A stretch of DNA of 64,000 nt from Pirellulales bacterium. Lineage in GTDB: Bacteria; Planctomycetota; Planctomycetia; Pirellulales; PALSA-1355. This document shows, one piece after another, positions 61,168 to 64,000 of this stretch (positions within the stretch are counted from its first letter, which is position 1; each line of letters begins with the position of its first letter). The position numbers and the translations under genes were made by a program. Under the pieces are notes generated by a model. The model ran no database searches and was not told the DNA's origin. It worked only from the letters and a program-made list of their open reading frames with translations. Location: NCBI GenBank assembly GCA_963733035.1, contig CAVTBU010000006.1, positions 96,001 through 160,000 of the forward strand, in the 5' to 3' direction.

Positions 61168-63966
61168 TTGGCCACCAACGGAAACGAGCCCCCTGACGAT
61201 TTTGCCCCACCTACCGATGGTGTCGGGTTGGGCGGCCGGATGATTGAGCTATCGATCGAGGACGAGCTTAAGGACAGTTATCTCATCTATTCGATGAGTG
61301 TCATTGTCAGCCGCGCGCTGCCCGACGTGCGTGACGGACTAAAGCCTTCGCAGCGTCGCATTCTGGTCGCCATGAACGACCTGAATCTCTCGCCGGGTGC
61401 CAGCCGCGTGAAGTGCGCCAAGATCTGCGGCGATACCAGCGGAAACTATCACCCGCACGGCGAAGCAATTATCTATCCCACGCTGGTGCGCATGGCCCAG
61501 GATTGGAACATGCGGCACGTGTTGGTCGACAAGCAGGGGAACTTCGGTTCGATCGCCGGTCTGCCGGCCGCCGCCATGCGGTATACCGAAGCACGGATGT
61601 CGTCGATCGCGGCGCTGATGCTCGACGATCTGAAGCTCGATACCGTTGACTTCATTCCGACATACGACGAGCGACACAACGAACCGACGGTATTGCCGTC
61701 GAGATTTCCAAATTTAGTGGTCAACGGTGCCAACGGAATCGCGGTTGGGATGGCCACTTCGATTCCTCCGCACAATCTGGGCGAAGTCTGCGACGCGCTG
61801 GTGCGACTGATCGACGACCCGAATATTTCAATCGACGAGTTGATGGAAGTCTGCCCTGGCCCCGATTTTCCGACGGGCGGCATCATCTGCGGTCGCAGCG
61901 GCATTCGCCGCGGCTATCACACCGGTCGCAGCACGATGGTGGTACGTGCCCGCGCGAATCGAAGAATTCGGCAAAAACCGTTTTCGCATCGTGGTTTCGG
62001 AGATTCCGTTCCAGCAGGCGCGAGACCGCGTCGAGGAACGGATTGCCGCGCTGGTGAACGACGACCGCATTAAGGGTATTTCGGCCATTCGCAACGAAAG
62101 CGATCTGAAAGAGCCCGTGCGGTTGATTCTGGAGCTAAAGCGTGACGCCGATCCGGAAGTCGTGCTGAACCAACTCTACCAGTTCTCCCCGCTGCAGGAA
62201 TCATTCTCGATCATTTTCCTGGCCCTGGTCGACGGCAAGCCGCGGACGTTGTCGTTCAAGGCGCTGCTCGAAGAGTTCATCCGCCACCGGCTGACGGTGA
62301 TTCGCCGCCGCACGCAGTTCCTGCTAGCCCGCGCCGCGCCCGCAAGCACACGGTGGAAGGATTGCTGCTGGCGCATGCGAACATCGACGAGATCATTCGC
62401 GTGATTCGATCCAGCGCGAACCAGGCGGAGGCCAAGGCCCGCCTGATGGGCATCGAGGCGCCAGCATCCATGATGAAACGGGCGCTCGGCGATGAGGGTT
62501 TTGCCGTGTTTCAGTCGGAACGGGGCGTGCGCGACACCTATACGCTCACGCCCGTGCAGGCCGAAGCGATTTTGCGAATGACGCTGGGGCAACTCGTCAA
62601 CCTGGAACAGGAAAAACTGGGGGGCGAGTACCGGAAACTCCTCGAGGAAATCATTGAATACCTGCGGATCTTGTCGGACGACAAGATCATTTTGGGCATG
62701 ATTCGCGACGATTGCGTCGAATTGAAGCGGAAGCACGCCGACGAGCGTCGGACCGAGATCAGCGGCGAGGAGATCGGGTCGATCGACCTGGAAGACCTGA
62801 TCGCCGAAGAGACAATGGTCGTGACGATCAGCACCAACGGTTACATCAAGCGTACGCCGGTCAGCGTTTATCGTGCTCAGCGGCGCGGCGGCAAGGGCAT
62901 GAAGGGGGCGAAGACGGAGGAGGAAGATCCGATCCGCCACCTGTTCGTGGCCAGCACGCACGACTACCTGATGTTCTTCACGAACCGAGGAAAAGTCTAC
63001 TGGCAGAAAGTCTACGACCTGCCGCAGTTGAGCCGCGACAGCCGCGGACGCGCGGTTGTCAACCTGTTGAATTTCGCCGAGGGCGAGCGTGTTGCCGATT
63101 GCCGCGCGGTTCGCGACTTCAACCAGCCCGATCACTACCTGCTGATGGCAACCCGGAGCGGGTTGGTAAAGAAGACGGAGCTGGCGAAGTTCAGTCGACC
63201 CATGAAAGGGGGCATCATCGCCATCAAGCTCCGCGAGGACGATGAGCTGGTCGACGTGGCGATCACGAAGAAGGGGGATGAAATCGTTCTGTCCACGGCC
63301 AAGGGAATGGCCATTCGCTTTAGCGAGGCCGACGCACGACCGATGGGCCGCAACACCAGCGGCGTGAAAGGCATCACCCTGGCTTCCGACGATCATCTGG
63401 TCGGCATGGTCGTCGCCGAACCCGATGCCACGCTGCTGACGGCTTGCCAAAACGGCTACGGAAAGCGGACGTTGTTCGGCGCGAATATTTCGACCACTGG
63501 CGAGGACGACGCGACCGAGGAAGAATTCGAGTCCGCAACCGCTGAGGCCGAGGGCGAGGAGGGCGAAGTTTCGTCTGGGAGTCGTTACCGCACGCAGCGC
63601 CGTGGCGGCAAAGGGCTGCGCGACATCAAGACCACGGACCGCAACGGCCCGGTGATCGGCGTGGTGAGCGTGCGGGATGACGACGAGATTCTGATGATGA
63701 CGGCGCGGGGCAAATTGCAGCGGGTCGTGGTCGGCGAGATCAGCGTCATTGGCCGCAATACGCAGGGCGTACGCATCATGAGCCTTGACGAAGGGGATAC
63801 ATTGGCGGCGGTTGTACCGGTCCCCCGCGAAGAATCAGAAAACGCCAGCGAGCTTGGTTCCGCCGGAGCCCCGGCCGTCGAGGGCGAACAGCCGACCGGG
63901 GATACTCCCGCGGCTAAGGATCCTCCCGCGGCTGAAAATGCCGAGGGTCAGCCCGACGCGGACTGA
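61168..63966 (+). CDS. gyrA: DNA gyrase subunit A; frameshifts near 61955 and 62335
   Basis: [28 protein letters not shown] (catalytic Tyr), GIAVGMAT and PDFPTGG motifs; GyrA-box QRRGGKG at 62878-62898; beta-pinwheel repeats; acidic tail. Confidence 0.96.
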
Positions 63967-64000
63967 AGTCCATCGCCGCCGGACTAGGAGTGTCGAACGA

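Noticed and set aside
63595..63615. Second GyrA-box as a novelty on its own
   Set aside because: QxRGGKG-like sequences recur in pinwheel blades of many GyrA proteins; only the adjacent acidic insertion is notable.
61168..63966. gyrA and pbp2 as pseudogenes or programmed-frameshift genes
   Set aside because: gyrA is essential, all motifs are intact, there are no slippery heptamers at the breaks, and the window-wide indel pattern fits sequencing error.

Overview
GC-rich bacterial chromosomal segment, almost certainly Planctomycetota (Pirellulales-like). The evidence is two DUF1559 prepilin-like genes, a PVC-type heme-binding CxxCH dehydrogenase, several PQQ-type beta-propeller proteins, a sulfatase and PEP-CTERM proteins. 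About 45 genes are present. Left part: secreted propeller, redox and sulfatase genes, an intact IS3-family element (17320-18704, 4-bp TSD AGGT) inside a REP/MITE-like inverted repeat, a PQQ dehydrogenase, a hybrid kinase and a ~2060-aa polytopic membrane protein. Middle: a desaturase, an uncharacterised two-gene module (Pro-rich peptide ending PQPKA plus a 342-aa HExxKG protein), DinB, CDF and NitT/TauT ABC genes, and a TetR-etfB-etfA-fadF-like-ACAD-ACAD operon. It also holds a putative metal-responsive cassette (structured leader, Cys-rich PPPR-tailed protein, DUF1559, two His-N-terminal PEP-CTERM proteins). Right: trpG, moeA, lnt, two lineage-specific membrane proteins (one MreC-like in architecture), mreB, pbp2 and gyrA. 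About 13 apparent frameshifts, including two in the essential gyrA, point to long-read assembly indels rather than real pseudogenes. All family assignments are from motif recognition by eye; no searches were run.
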